The notes: generated from the letters alone by a model not told the origin. 24,000 nucleotides of DNA from an uncultured Actinomycetes bacterium (GCA_903825895.1 CAIKCI010000021.1:1-24000), one strand, 5' to 3'; shown: positions 1 through 11,259, counted from the first letter of the stretch. Numbers and translations are program-made.

Positions 1-750
1 TCGAATGGGCATCTCGTTTTCCTTGACGCTGGGCACGGCGGCATTGACCCTGGTGGAGTGGGTTCAACGCAAGGCGGGGTCATGGTGAAGGAGTCGACGA
101 CGGCACTCGCCGTGGCATTGCAAACATCTGACCTGCTGCGCTCCCAGGGGTACACCGTGGTGCTGTCTCGAACGACGGACTCCACCGTGGTCCCTCTAAC
201 GCCAAGTAACACCAATGGGTCGGTTTTCAATATTCAAGGGGCCCACGATGACGTCGCTGCTCGAGATGCCTGCGCTGACGCTGCCGGGGCGGCTCTCCTG
301 ATCGGGATCTACTTTGATGCCGGGGTTCCCACAGCGGCTGGGAGTTTGGCGGCCTACGACACGGCACGGCCCTTTGCCGCTGAAAATCTTAAAATCGCCA
401 CCTTGGTTCAAACCGATGTGTTGGCCTCGATGAATAAACACGGCTGGGAAATTCCGGACGATGGCGTCCAAAGCGATGAGCATCTCGGTTCTTATGTCCC
501 TCAGGCCGGCAACTCCATCGCTGCGCTCGCCGCCAAGTACAACCACATCATGTTGCTCGGACCAGCCGAAGCTGGGTACTTTGAAACCCCGAGTCAGATG
601 CCCGGCATGATCATCGAACCGCTCTATGTCACCGACCCTTTTGAAGGGACAATCGCTGCCAGTGCCCTTGGCCAAAAGGCGATGGCCGACGGTATCGCTA
701 AAGCCGTGCTCCAGTATTTCGCAAAGCCGAAAAAAGGCTCCGCAGGCTGA
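1..750 (+). CDS. N-acetylmuramoyl-L-alanine amidase (Amidase_3 family), 5' end lies outside the window
   Basis: Frame 1 is open from base 1 (SNGHLVFLDAGHGGIDPGGVG...). This places the DAGHGG-DPG motif typical of Amidase_3 upstream of the ORF-track start at 58, so that start is internal. Stop TGA at 748-750. Confidence 0.8.
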   Translation, partial: SNGHLVFLDAGHGGIDPGGVGSTQGGVMVKESTTALAVALQTSDLLRSQGYTVVLSRTTDSTVVPLTPSNTNGSVFNIQGAHDDVAARDACADAAGAALLIGIYFDAGVPTAAGSLAAYDTARPFAAENLKIATLVQTDVLASMNKHGWEIPDDGVQSDEHLGSYVPQAGNSIAALAAKYNHIMLLGPAEAGYFETPSQMPGMIIEPLYVTDPFEGTIAASALGQKAMADGIAKAVLQYFAKPKKGSAG

Positions 751-1596
751 CTAGCCGCTGACTAAGGACCTTCCCGAAGCGACAAAGAGAACCACGACGA
801 CTCCTGCGGTGAGAAGAGTCCAATGCCAGGCTGCCCGTTCTTGTTTTCGCATACCGGTGAGAACGACCATGCCCAGTGTGAGCATTCCGCAGAGTCCGCA
901 CACGATTGCCAAGAACGTGTCCCGACTGCCGACGACGAGCATGGCCAAACTCACAAACACCAGCCCAACACCGATCCAGAGTGTCAATCGAGAACCCAAA
1001 CGTTGGGGGAGCCCCTTGCGACCCGAACGCTGATCGGCCGCGAGGTCCGGGAGCGAGTTTAGAAAATGGGCTCCTAATCCAAGAGTCGCTGCTGCCACCA
1101 TATAAATCCAACGGGGCCACGTTGGTGTCGCCATGCCGAGCGTGATGAACGCTGGCAGCAAACCGAAGGAAATGGCATAGGGCAGTGGACTCAAAAGTGA
1201 CTGCTTCATGAATCCGTTATAAATCCACGCACTCGCAATCGCAGCGAAATGGACTGCCGCTGCTTGCCAGCCAGAAGCAAAAGAGAGCGGGATGCACAGT
1301 ACCAAAGCGGTGAGCGCACCGGCTCGCACTACTGCGAGAGAACAATCACCACGAACGAGCGCCTTGTCGCTACGTTGAGCACGCAGATCCTCGTCACGGT
1401 CGAACCAGTCATTGCTCCACCCCACAGAGCATTGACCACAGAGGACGGCGGCCGTTACCCACAGCGTCCCCAAGCCGCGCTCAGTTCCCAGAGCCAAAAG
1501 TGAGGCCACAGCGGTTACCAGCAACGTGGGTCCACCATGGGCAGCAGCGAAAAGGGCCACGAAACTTCGTCGGCTCGAACTGACCCACGTTCTCAT
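751..1596 (-). CDS. UbiA-superfamily polyprenyltransferase, multi-pass membrane protein
   Basis: Hydrophobic throughout. It has the Asp-rich motif NDWFDRDEDL (NDxxDxxxD) and a second acidic patch, LPDLAADQRSG. I prefer ATG 1596 (MRTWVSSSRRSF..., just before the first TM helix) over the track's TTG at 1710, but the start is uncertain. Substrate cannot be read from the sequence. Confidence 0.65.
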   Translation of the reverse strand: MRTWVSSSRRSFVALFAAAHGGPTLLVTAVASLLALGTERGLGTLWVTAAVLCGQCSVGWSNDWFDRDEDLRAQRSDKALVRGDCSLAVVRAGALTALVLCIPLSFASGWQAAAVHFAAIASAWIYNGFMKQSLLSPLPYAISFGLLPAFITLGMATPTWPRWIYMVAAATLGLGAHFLNSLPDLAADQRSGRKGLPQRLGSRLTLWIGVGLVFVSLAMLVVGSRDTFLAIVCGLCGMLTLGMVVLTGMRKQERAAWHWTLLTAGVVVVLFVASGRSLVSG

Positions 1597-1724
1597 TCCT
1601 AGAGTGTGCCACGGGCGGCATGGATTGCGATTAAAGTGAGATGAGTCAAACTGGCCCCTGAAATCGAGGCTGAGCCACAAGTCATGGTTTGTCAAACGTT
1701 TGCGACACAAGTGGGCGTGATTGC

Positions 1725-1730
1725 TACGGT
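1725..1730 (+). promoter_or_regulatory. candidate -10 hexamer TACGGT for a leaderless alsD transcript
   Basis: TAnnnT followed by 6 nt and then GTG 1737. GCGACA lies 17 nt upstream as a weak -35. Confidence 0.35.
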
Positions 1731-1736
1731 TGGCCT

Positions 1737-2525
1737 GTGGCCCGAGAAATTATCGACGATGTGCTCCTCGGAGCGCTGCACATCCAGAGCTTGACGAGGG
1801 ATGGGTTTCACCACGATCACGCTGTTGATCATGTGGCATTTCAGATTGGGACCCTTGATGCGCTCATGGAGGGTCGCTTCGATGGCGACACCACGCTCGG
1901 GGAACTGCTGCAACACGGCTCGATGGGTTTGGGCACTGTTCAGCATTTAGGCGGGGAGTTGATTATCGACCAGGGCAAGGCCTACGTGGCTCGCCACGAC
2001 GGATCAGTAGTGCGCGTTCCCGAGACGATGAAGACTCCCTTTGCTGTAGTCACGGCCTTTCAAGCAGCGGAGACAGTGAACATAGGCGATGTTGATTCAG
2101 CCGAACTCTTCTCGGTGCTCACTTCCTTGACGGGCGAGCATGACGAGATTGTCGCTGTCAAGTTGAGCGGTCTCTTCCACGATCTTGTTTTGCGAAGTAT
2201 CGAAGAACAGCATCCTCCCTATGTCCCGCTTTCGACGGTCATCGAGTCCCAACATGAATTCACCCGACACAGGTGCTCGGGCACCATCGTCGGCTTCCGC
2301 TTTCCTGACTACCTCGCCGGATTAGAAGTTCCAGGATTCCATCTCCATTTTTTGTCAGATAAGAAAGATTTCGGGGGCCACGTCATGGCGCTTGGCATTG
2401 AAAGTGCCACGCTCGAATTCGAGGCCTCACAGGCGATGCATGTGGAACTACCCGACGGCGTCACCCTTGGTGCGCCGGGTACGGCGGATCGATCGGCAAT
2501 TCGCGCCATCGAGGAGGGCGATTGA
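1737..2525 (+). CDS. alsD: alpha-acetolactate decarboxylase
   Basis: Family-typical blocks are present: FQIGTLDALMEGRFDGDTTLGELLQHGSMGLGT..LGGELII.DGKAY and GFHLHFLSDKKDFGGHV. I prefer GTG 1737 because TACGGT (1725-1730) lies 6 nt upstream, the same geometry as other first genes here. The track start TTG 1689 remains possible. Confidence 0.75.
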   Translation: MAREIIDDVLLGALHIQSLTRDGFHHDHAVDHVAFQIGTLDALMEGRFDGDTTLGELLQHGSMGLGTVQHLGGELIIDQGKAYVARHDGSVVRVPETMKTPFAVVTAFQAAETVNIGDVDSAELFSVLTSLTGEHDEIVAVKLSGLFHDLVLRSIEEQHPPYVPLSTVIESQHEFTRHRCSGTIVGFRFPDYLAGLEVPGFHLHFLSDKKDFGGHVMALGIESATLEFEASQAMHVELPDGVTLGAPGTADRSAIRAIEEGD

Positions 2526-2554
2526 TGCGGCATCGCTCTCCATGCAGTATCCAC

Positions 2555-2560
2555 TAGCCT
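2555..2560 (+). promoter_or_regulatory. candidate -10 hexamer TAGCCT for the usp operon (short SD-containing leader)
   Basis: cTAGCCT sits in the 57-bp alsD-usp gap, 7 nt upstream of the AAGGAGG SD. I see no good -35. Confidence 0.25.
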
Positions 2561-2567
2561 TTCGACT

Positions 2568-2574
2568 AAGGAGG
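2568..2574 (+). promoter_or_regulatory. Shine-Dalgarno sequence AAGGAGG of usp
   Basis: Full anti-SD complement, 8 nt upstream of ATG 2583. Confidence 0.8.
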
Positions 2575-2582
2575 CAAGACAA

Positions 2583-3035
2583 ATGGGTGAAATCGTTGTA
2601 GGGGTTGATGGGTCGGATGGTTCGAGAGAAGCGCTCCAGTGGGCACTTGCTGAAGCGGGGATGCGCGGGGCCGATTTGCGAGTCCTCTGCGTCTATCAAT
2701 CACCAGCAAATTGGCTCGGAATGGGAGAGGCGCTTGGTTCAACCGTCGGCGCCACGGTCAGCGAAGCTGATCTTGCCCAGTACGCCCAAGAGACGATCGA
2801 CGAGGCGCTTCAAGGCACTGCGGTTCCTGCGGGAGTCACCGTCATCAAGGACTCTGCTGAAGGACACGCAGGATCTGCCCTCGTGAAGGCGTCAGCCTCC
2901 ACAGACCTCTTGGTGGTCGGCTCACGAGGACATGCGGGGATCTTCCACGATGCCGTTCTTGGCAGCGTTGGTACGTACTGTGTTCACCACGCCACGTGCC
3001 CTGTCGTTGTTATCCCTCATCGCCGATCTAAATGA
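2583..3035 (+). CDS. universal stress protein (UspA family)
   Basis: Motifs IVVGVDGSDGSREALQWA... and ...LLVVGSRGHAGI..AVLGSVGTYCVHHATCPVVVI. A strong SD, AAGGAGG (2568-2574), lies 8 nt before the ATG. Confidence 0.85.
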   Translation: MGEIVVGVDGSDGSREALQWALAEAGMRGADLRVLCVYQSPANWLGMGEALGSTVGATVSEADLAQYAQETIDEALQGTAVPAGVTVIKDSAEGHAGSALVKASASTDLLVVGSRGHAGIFHDAVLGSVGTYCVHHATCPVVVIPHRRSK

Positions 3036-3793
3036 CGCTTCCGGCAACGGAAGGAACCGTTGTCATCGATCTTGATGGCGTGGTCTGGCTTGCCGGAGAA
3101 CCGCTCCCTGGCGCAACTGATGCCGTACAGCTATTGCGAGAGCGTGGCTACGAAGTGCTGTTCGCGACGAATAATTCTTCGCCAACGAGAACAGACCTCG
3201 CTCAGCGGCTCGGTCGTATCGACATTGAAGCCGCTCCAGAAGAGATCGTCACGGCAGCGACCGCTGCTGCTGCGTGCGTCCCCGAGGGGTCGACGACGCT
3301 TCTCGTCGGTGAAGACGGCGTTCGCGAAGCTGCGAGCGAGCGGGGCCTCGTTGAAGGAACAGATCCCACGGCAGTCATTGTTGGCTGGAACCGTGACTTT
3401 ACCTTTGAGACCATCGCCGAGGCGGCAGCGGCCGTACGGGACGGGGCGCTTTTTGTCGCTACCAATGACGACCCAACGCATCCCACGAGCAACGGACTTC
3501 TCCCTGGCACCGGCGCCCTCGTTGCTGCGGTGGCCACTGCATCTGAACGCATCCCGATAATCGCCGGGAAGCCCGGAGAAGCCATGGCGGCTTTGGTTCA
3601 AAGCAGCGCATCGAACATTTCCTTGATGGTGGGGGATCGTCCCTCGACTGACGGTGCTTTTTCCCAACGACTCGGCGTTCCCTTCGGGCTGGTCATCTCT
3701 CAGGCGACGCCCTCGGTTCCATCATTCACTCGATTTAGAAGTGAGTCGCTCTTTGGAGTCATCACTGCATTCTTGCAAGACGCTGGAACCTAA
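3032..3793 (+). CDS. HAD-IIA family phosphatase (NagD / Rv1692-like)
   Basis: HAD motifs are present: DLDGVVW (motif I), ATNNS (motif II), and GKPG...MVGDRPSTD (motifs III/IV). ATGA start/stop overlap with usp. It sits upstream of tlyA, as in mycobacteria. Confidence 0.8.
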   Translation: MTLPATEGTVVIDLDGVVWLAGEPLPGATDAVQLLRERGYEVLFATNNSSPTRTDLAQRLGRIDIEAAPEEIVTAATAAAACVPEGSTTLLVGEDGVREAASERGLVEGTDPTAVIVGWNRDFTFETIAEAAAAVRDGALFVATNDDPTHPTSNGLLPGTGALVAAVATASERIPIIAGKPGEAMAALVQSSASNISLMVGDRPSTDGAFSQRLGVPFGLVISQATPSVPSFTRFRSESLFGVITAFLQDAGT

Positions 3794-3805
3794 AGAGGGC
3801 GTCCG

Positions 3806-4633
3806 GTGGCACAGCGTCGAGCGCTTCAAACAGTTCTTGTGGAGCGAGGACTTTGCGACTCTCGCGAACAAGCACTTGCTGTCATCGACGCTGGTGAGGT
3901 TCTGGTCGCTGGTGTCATTGCCTCGAATCCTCAGCGCCAGGTAAGTTCGTCCGAGGCCGTCACGCTGCTGGGTCCCCACTTCCGCTTCGTGAGCAGAGGT
4001 GGGGAGAAACTCGATGCGGCCATCGTCTCCTTCGCGATTCCCATGGCCGGGCGATCAGCCATCGATGCCGGGAGCGCCACAGGGGGATTCACCGACGTCC
4101 TTCTCCGTCACGGTGCGCAGTGGGTCCTCAGCGTGGATGTTGGTTACGGGCAGCTGCATGAAACCTTACGAGCGGATCAACGGGTCACGAGTCTTGAGCG
4201 CACAAATATCCGAGATCTCACCTGCGAGCAAATCGAGAGTTATCGCGGTGAACGGGACTACCCAACTCTCTTGGTGGCCGATCTGTCCTTCACCCGCACA
4301 GCAACCCACCTAGATCATTTTCGCGACCTTTTGCGGCATCGTGGGGAACTGGTTCTCCTGTGTAAACCTCAATTTGAAGTCGACCCAGATCTGGCTGCCA
4401 AACGTGCCGGCGTCATCCTCGACAATGAAGAACGCAAGCAAGCCGTGATGAGTCTTTCTCAGGCGCTTGCCGACCGCTCGATGGGCCTCATAGGTGTCAT
4501 CGCATCACCAATCCTCGGACCAAAAGGTAATGCAGAGTTCCTCCTCCATGTGTCCCTTGAGAGCAGCGCTCATGCGATAGACATTGAGGTGCAAGTCAAT
4601 ACCGCTATCGAGACAGCAGGAGCCATATCATGA
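3806..4633 (+). CDS. tlyA: TlyA-family rRNA 2'-O-ribose methyltransferase (S4-like N-terminus plus FtsJ-like domain)
   Basis: N-terminus RRALQTVLVERGLCDSREQALAVIDAGEVLV; SAM-binding segment AIDAGSATGGFTDVLL. GTG start preceded by AAGAGGG. Conserved position in front of nadK-recN. Confidence 0.85.
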   Translation: MAQRRALQTVLVERGLCDSREQALAVIDAGEVLVAGVIASNPQRQVSSSEAVTLLGPHFRFVSRGGEKLDAAIVSFAIPMAGRSAIDAGSATGGFTDVLLRHGAQWVLSVDVGYGQLHETLRADQRVTSLERTNIRDLTCEQIESYRGERDYPTLLVADLSFTRTATHLDHFRDLLRHRGELVLLCKPQFEVDPDLAAKRAGVILDNEERKQAVMSLSQALADRSMGLIGVIASPILGPKGNAEFLLHVSLESSAHAIDIEVQVNTAIETAGAIS

Positions 4634-5472
4634 GCCCATCAGTCGCCTTCGTGGTCCACGGAGAACGGATCGATGCTCGACGCGTCGCCGAGCAGGCGAT
4701 TGCCACGTTGGATGCCGGCGGCACCCTTTGCCAGCTGGCGGTGCTGACGAAGAGCGACGAGTTCTCAGAACAAATCGTGGACCCTTCCGTGGCAGTGGTC
4801 GTGAGTCTTGGTGGCGATGGAACCTTCCTGCGAGCAGCGCGTGAAGCACATGGACTCGACGTCCCTATCCTGGGCGTAAATTTTGGTCGGGTGGGCTACC
4901 TGCTTGACCTGCCTCCTTCAGAACTCGCCCCCGTCGTCCTCGGCATTCTCGAGGGAAGTATGGACTTTGATCTGCGCTATGGACTGGAAGCCACCGTCCA
5001 TCACCAGGCAACGATCACATCGCCAGTCTTTGCGACAAATGAAGTATCGGTTGAAAAAACAGTCCCGGGACATGTGGCTCGTTTGCACATTTCGATTGAT
5101 GGAGAGTCATTCATGACCTACTCGGCCGACGGTGTGTTGTTGGCGACGCCCATGGGCTCAACTGCCTACAACCTCTCGGCTGGGGGCCCTATCCTCGCAC
5201 CGGGCATTGACGGCTTTGTGCTGACCCCTGTGGCACCACATTTCGCTATCAATAGGAGCATTGTTTTGACCGGAAATCAGCAAGTCTCACTTGAAGTAGT
5301 CGGAGATCGTTCCGCTGTTTGCGTGGTGGACGGGGTCAGCTTGGCCGAAGTAGGACAAGGTGATCGAGTCGTCGTTCAACGGTCGTCACAACCTTTAAAA
5401 GTTGTCACGCTTGAGCATGTTGGCTTTGGCGATCGTCTTCGTGAGAACCTCCGCCAAGGACACGAAGAGTAG
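4630..5472 (+). CDS. nadK: NAD kinase
   Basis: Motifs GGDGTFL, NEVSVEK and ADGVLLATPMGSTAYNLSAGGPI. GGAG lies 7 nt upstream. ATGA overlap with tlyA. Confidence 0.92.
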   Translation: MSPSVAFVVHGERIDARRVAEQAIATLDAGGTLCQLAVLTKSDEFSEQIVDPSVAVVVSLGGDGTFLRAAREAHGLDVPILGVNFGRVGYLLDLPPSELAPVVLGILEGSMDFDLRYGLEATVHHQATITSPVFATNEVSVEKTVPGHVARLHISIDGESFMTYSADGVLLATPMGSTAYNLSAGGPILAPGIDGFVLTPVAPHFAINRSIVLTGNQQVSLEVVGDRSAVCVVDGVSLAEVGQGDRVVVQRSSQPLKVVTLEHVGFGDRLRENLRQGHEE

Positions 5473-7074
5473 ATGCTTCTCGAACTTCACGTCGCAGGTT
5501 TAGGCGTGATCGACGATGCACATCTGCTCTTTTCTGAAGGACTGACAGCGCTCACCGGAGAAACGGGAGCAGGAAAAACGCTTCTGGTGGATGCGCTGAA
5601 CCTGGTGATGGGAGGGAAGCCTAAGCGAAGCCTTTTGGTCGATGGGCGCGCAGCATTCATCGAGGCTCGCTTTGTCAACGATGAAGGTCAGGAAGTCATC
5701 TTGGCTCGCGAACTTCCCATTGACGGACGATCACGAGCATGGGTAGATGGACGGATGGCATCCGTAGCGGTCCTCCAAGAGCAAGCGCAGGGACTCTGCG
5801 ATATCCACGGCCAACATGAGCATCAGTCTCTTCTAAAATCAGGTGCATTCCGCCATGCACTTGATGCGTTTGGGGGCATTTCCACAAGGGCACTCAGTGA
5901 GGCACGGAAACTCGTGAAGGAGCTCGAGAGCGAACGTGAAACTCTTGGCGGGACACCAGAGGAGATCGAGCGGGAGCGAGCACTGCTCGAATATCAACTC
6001 GATGAAATCACCCAAGCAGGGATCTCGACCGTAGACGAGATCGACACCCTCATCGCCTCGGTCAAGATGCTTGAGGGCGCCACGACATTGAAGGTCACGT
6101 TGAGCAAGGGCATTGACGCACTCGACGATGACGGGGGCACCGGCCCTCGAGAAGTGGTCGGCCATCTTCGCCAAGAGTTGTCGACCTACGATTCGTTTTC
6201 AGATCTCGTCGAGTCCCTCCAGCAGGCTGAAATTGTGTTAGGCGATCTTGTTTCCCAGCTTCGAGATGCCTACGAGCGAGTCGATGTCGACCCAGAGCGG
6301 CTCGCCGAATCTAACGAACGCCTCAGCACGCTTCACCGCCTGGCCCGGCGCTATGGACCCACCTTGAGCGAGGTCCTGGAGAAACAAGAGTCCTTCAGTC
6401 GCTCACTTGAGGCGCTTCACCAGGCGGAATCATCGCGTCAAAGCATAGAAACTCGACTCACAGCGGCCCGAGCGGCTCTCTCGCTTGAGGCGAGAAACGT
6501 TGAGTCGGAGCGACAAGTCGCTGCGCCCAAGATGGAAAAAGTACTCCACGAGCAATTACGCCAGCTTGCGCTCGAACGGGCACTTGTCCAAATCGTGGTC
6601 AAGGGTGCTGCGGGTGATGAGGTCGACCTTCTTTTCAGTGCCAATCCTGGTCTTGCCCCAGCGTCAGTGAAGGACGCAGCATCGGGAGGGGAATTAGCCC
6701 GACTGATGCTGGCGATCCGCCTTGCGCTCCCAGGCGGCCCACCCACCATGGTCTTTGACGAAGTCGATGCTGGCATTGGAGGAACGACGGCGAGAACCCT
6801 CGCAGGTGCCCTGCACGAGGTCGCTGATCGCCGCCAGGTTCTCGTGGTTACGCACCTCGCCCAAGTCGCCGCAGTCGCCGACCATCAGATAAGTGTCGCC
6901 AAGGAGACGGCCAGAGGCTCTGCGTCGGCGGTGGCCAGTGAAATCAACGGCGAGTTTCGGGTCAAAGAAATCGCCCGAATGCTCTCCGGACAACCAGACT
7001 CAGAGTCCGCCCTCACCCACGCCCGAGAGTTGCTCGGAATTGATATCACCGCGCCCAGCGCCAACCTGGTCTAA
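5473..7074 (+). CDS. recN: DNA repair protein RecN
   Basis: N-terminal Walker A (LTGETGAGKT), a long coiled-coil middle region, and C-terminal signature and Walker B (GGELARLMLA...VFDEVDAGIGG). The ATG directly follows the nadK TAG. Confidence 0.92.
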   Translation: MLLELHVAGLGVIDDAHLLFSEGLTALTGETGAGKTLLVDALNLVMGGKPKRSLLVDGRAAFIEARFVNDEGQEVILARELPIDGRSRAWVDGRMASVAVLQEQAQGLCDIHGQHEHQSLLKSGAFRHALDAFGGISTRALSEARKLVKELESERETLGGTPEEIERERALLEYQLDEITQAGISTVDEIDTLIASVKMLEGATTLKVTLSKGIDALDDDGGTGPREVVGHLRQELSTYDSFSDLVESLQQAEIVLGDLVSQLRDAYERVDVDPERLAESNERLSTLHRLARRYGPTLSEVLEKQESFSRSLEALHQAESSRQSIETRLTAARAALSLEARNVESERQVAAPKMEKVLHEQLRQLALERALVQIVVKGAAGDEVDLLFSANPGLAPASVKDAASGGELARLMLAIRLALPGGPPTMVFDEVDAGIGGTTARTLAGALHEVADRRQVLVVTHLAQVAAVADHQISVAKETARGSASAVASEINGEFRVKEIARMLSGQPDSESALTHARELLGIDITAPSANLV

Positions 7075-7079
7075 CCTGA

Positions 7080-9299
<2,220 letters not shown>

Positions 9300-9310
<11 letters not shown>

Positions 9311-10217
9311 TCGATTGGGCCCGCAAAGCGAGGCGTACCTTGATTGGCTTCGGGTCGAGAAGGGTCGTTCCGTTCGAACGATTTCGAGTTATCGACAAGA
9401 CCTCAGGGGCTTCGAGGAGTATCTTCACAATCGCCACCTCGCCGTTGGAGATGTAGGCAGCGATCATATTGACGAGTATCTGGCTCGTTTGCGCCTGACG
9501 TCGCATGCCGCATCGAGCATCGCTCGATCTCGATCGTGCCTGCGTGGCCTCTTTAAGTTTCTCGTTGACGAGGGGGAGCGCACTGATGATCCCACGTCGG
9601 CAACAGCCACGATCCGTATCCCGTCTCGCCTGCCGAAGGCCCTCAGCGAAGAAGGTGTCGGGACGCTCCTTGACGGCGTCAACGGCGACGATCCTCTCTC
9701 GCTTCGAGATCGAGCCATCCTTGAACTGCTCTATGGAACGGGGGCTCGGGTTTCGGAGATCGTCACCCTTGATCTCAGTGACATGGCCTACGACGATGGG
9801 CTGATTCGACTCCTGGGCAAGGGAGACAAAGAGCGGATTGTTCCCCTCGGGCGAGCCGCTCAAGAGGCGCTGGGTCGCTGGGTAGGTCCGGAAGGTCGGG
9901 ATGTTATCCTCGAGCGCTCCCGACTCCGAGACGACCGCCAGGCGCTTTTTCTTAATCAACGAGGGCAGCGCTTATCACGGCAAGGTGCTCACCTCATGGT
10001 TCAACAACGAGCGCGTCGCGCCGGAATTACAACTCCGGTGAGCCCCCACGTCTTACGACACTCGTGTGCCACCCACATGCTGGCCCACGGTGCCGACGTC
10101 AGAGTTGTTCAAGAGCTTCTCGGCCACGCCTCCGTAGCGACGACGCAGATCTATACGAAAGTCTCTGACGACCATCTCGTTGCTGCCTATCACTCGGCAC
10201 ATCCCCGCGCCCAGTAA
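9300..10217 (+). CDS. xerD: site-specific tyrosine recombinase XerD
   Basis: C-terminal catalytic block HVLRHSCATHML..G.D.R.VQELLGHASVATTQIYTKV and N-terminal SAM-like domain (YLDWLRVEKGRSVRTISSYRQDL). ATG 9300 (MPSNRL...) is preferred over the track's 9258. XerD rather than XerC is assigned by synteny only. Confidence 0.85.
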
Positions 10218-10259
10218 CGATCGCGCACAGTAATACTCAGGCGCTGTAATGCTCAGGGG
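10212..10259. repeat. three tandem degenerate 16-bp units (CAGTAAcgatcgcgca / CAGTAAtactcaggcg / CTGTAAtgctcagggg)
   Basis: Read directly from the sequence. Units 2 and 3 match at 13/16 positions; units 1 and 2 match at 10/16. Unit 1 contains the xerD stop codon. Confidence 0.6.
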
Positions 10260-10271
10260 ACGTCTGCTCCG

Positions 10272-11252
10272 TCAAGGGGCGATGAGCCCCACGGCGTCCG
10301 CAGCGCTGGCGTAGGTAACTTCAGCGACGCTTCGGGCCTTCTCGGCACCGAGTTTGAGAATCGCTAACACTTGGGCTGGATCCCGCTGGAATTCTTCGTA
10401 GCGCTCCTGAAGTGGTGTCAGGATCGCAACCAGCGCCTCGCTGGTATCTCGCTTTAAATCCCCATAGCGTTGATAACTGTCGGCAAGGACCTTGGGATCT
10501 CCATCGGTGGCAGCGGCTAATAGTGACAACAAATTGGCGATCCCGGGTTTTAGTTGAGGATCAAAGCGGACCATATCGTCGGTATCGGTGACAGCTTTTT
10601 TCACCTTCTTCTCAATTTCAGAGGGGGCATCGAGAAGGCCAATCGTGCCGAGCGGAGATGCCACACTTTTGGACATCTTGCGCTCCGGGTGCTGAAGGTC
10701 CATGACACGCGCGCCCACGGCGGGAATTGTGGCGTTGGGGACCTTGAAGATCTGACCGTAACGATTGTTGAAGCGTTGTGCCAGTTCTCTGGTCAATTCA
10801 AGATGTTGTCGCTGATCGTCGCCGACCGGGACTTCGTCGGCTTGATACAGCAAGATGTCAGACGCCATCAACACGGGGTACGTAAACAGCCCTACTCGCA
10901 CGGTTTCCTGGTCGCCGCCTTTGTCTTTGAACTGAGTCATGCGACGCAGTTCGCCATAGGTTGCGGTGCACTCAAGAATCCAGGCCAACTGCTGATGCGA
11001 AGGTACGTGGCTTTGCAGAAAGAGTGTTGACTGCAAAGGGTCAATCCCGGCAGCGAGCAACAACGAGGTCAACTGGATGCTTTGGCGTCGTAGCTCTTCT
11101 GGATCGGGCGTATTCGTCAGCGCATGGAGATCCACGACGCAAAAAAACGCGTCCTTCGTCGTCTGATCGTTAACCCAGTTTCGAACAGCTCCGAAGTAGT
11201 TCCCAAGGTGGAGATCACCGGAAGGTTGAATACCAGAGAGGACGCGGGCCAT
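10272..11252 (-). CDS. trpS: tryptophan--tRNA ligase
   Basis: The N-terminus RVLSGIQPSGDLHLGNYFGA carries the HIGH-type motif, and a KMSKS motif is present. The length of 326 aa is typical. Confidence 0.93.
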   Translation of the reverse strand: MARVLSGIQPSGDLHLGNYFGAVRNWVNDQTTKDAFFCVVDLHALTNTPDPEELRRQSIQLTSLLLAAGIDPLQSTLFLQSHVPSHQQLAWILECTATYGELRRMTQFKDKGGDQETVRVGLFTYPVLMASDILLYQADEVPVGDDQRQHLELTRELAQRFNNRYGQIFKVPNATIPAVGARVMDLQHPERKMSKSVASPLGTIGLLDAPSEIEKKVKKAVTDTDDMVRFDPQLKPGIANLLSLLAAATDGDPKVLADSYQRYGDLKRDTSEALVAILTPLQERYEEFQRDPAQVLAILKLGAEKARSVAEVTYASAADAVGLIAP

Positions 11253-11259
11253 AGCCTTT

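Noticed and set aside
2524-2534. An 11-bp palindrome, GATGCgGCATC, overlapping the alsD stop and the -35 position of the putative usp promoter.
   Set aside because: Palindromes with 5-bp arms are expected about 20 times by chance in 24 kb, and there is no second copy or other support.
3806-4633. tlyA and the hemolysin III-family gene (23535-24000) as a toxin or virulence locus.
   Set aside because: TlyA is established as an rRNA 2'-O-methyltransferase, and HlyIII/PAQR proteins are widespread housekeeping membrane proteins. Both lie in core synteny.
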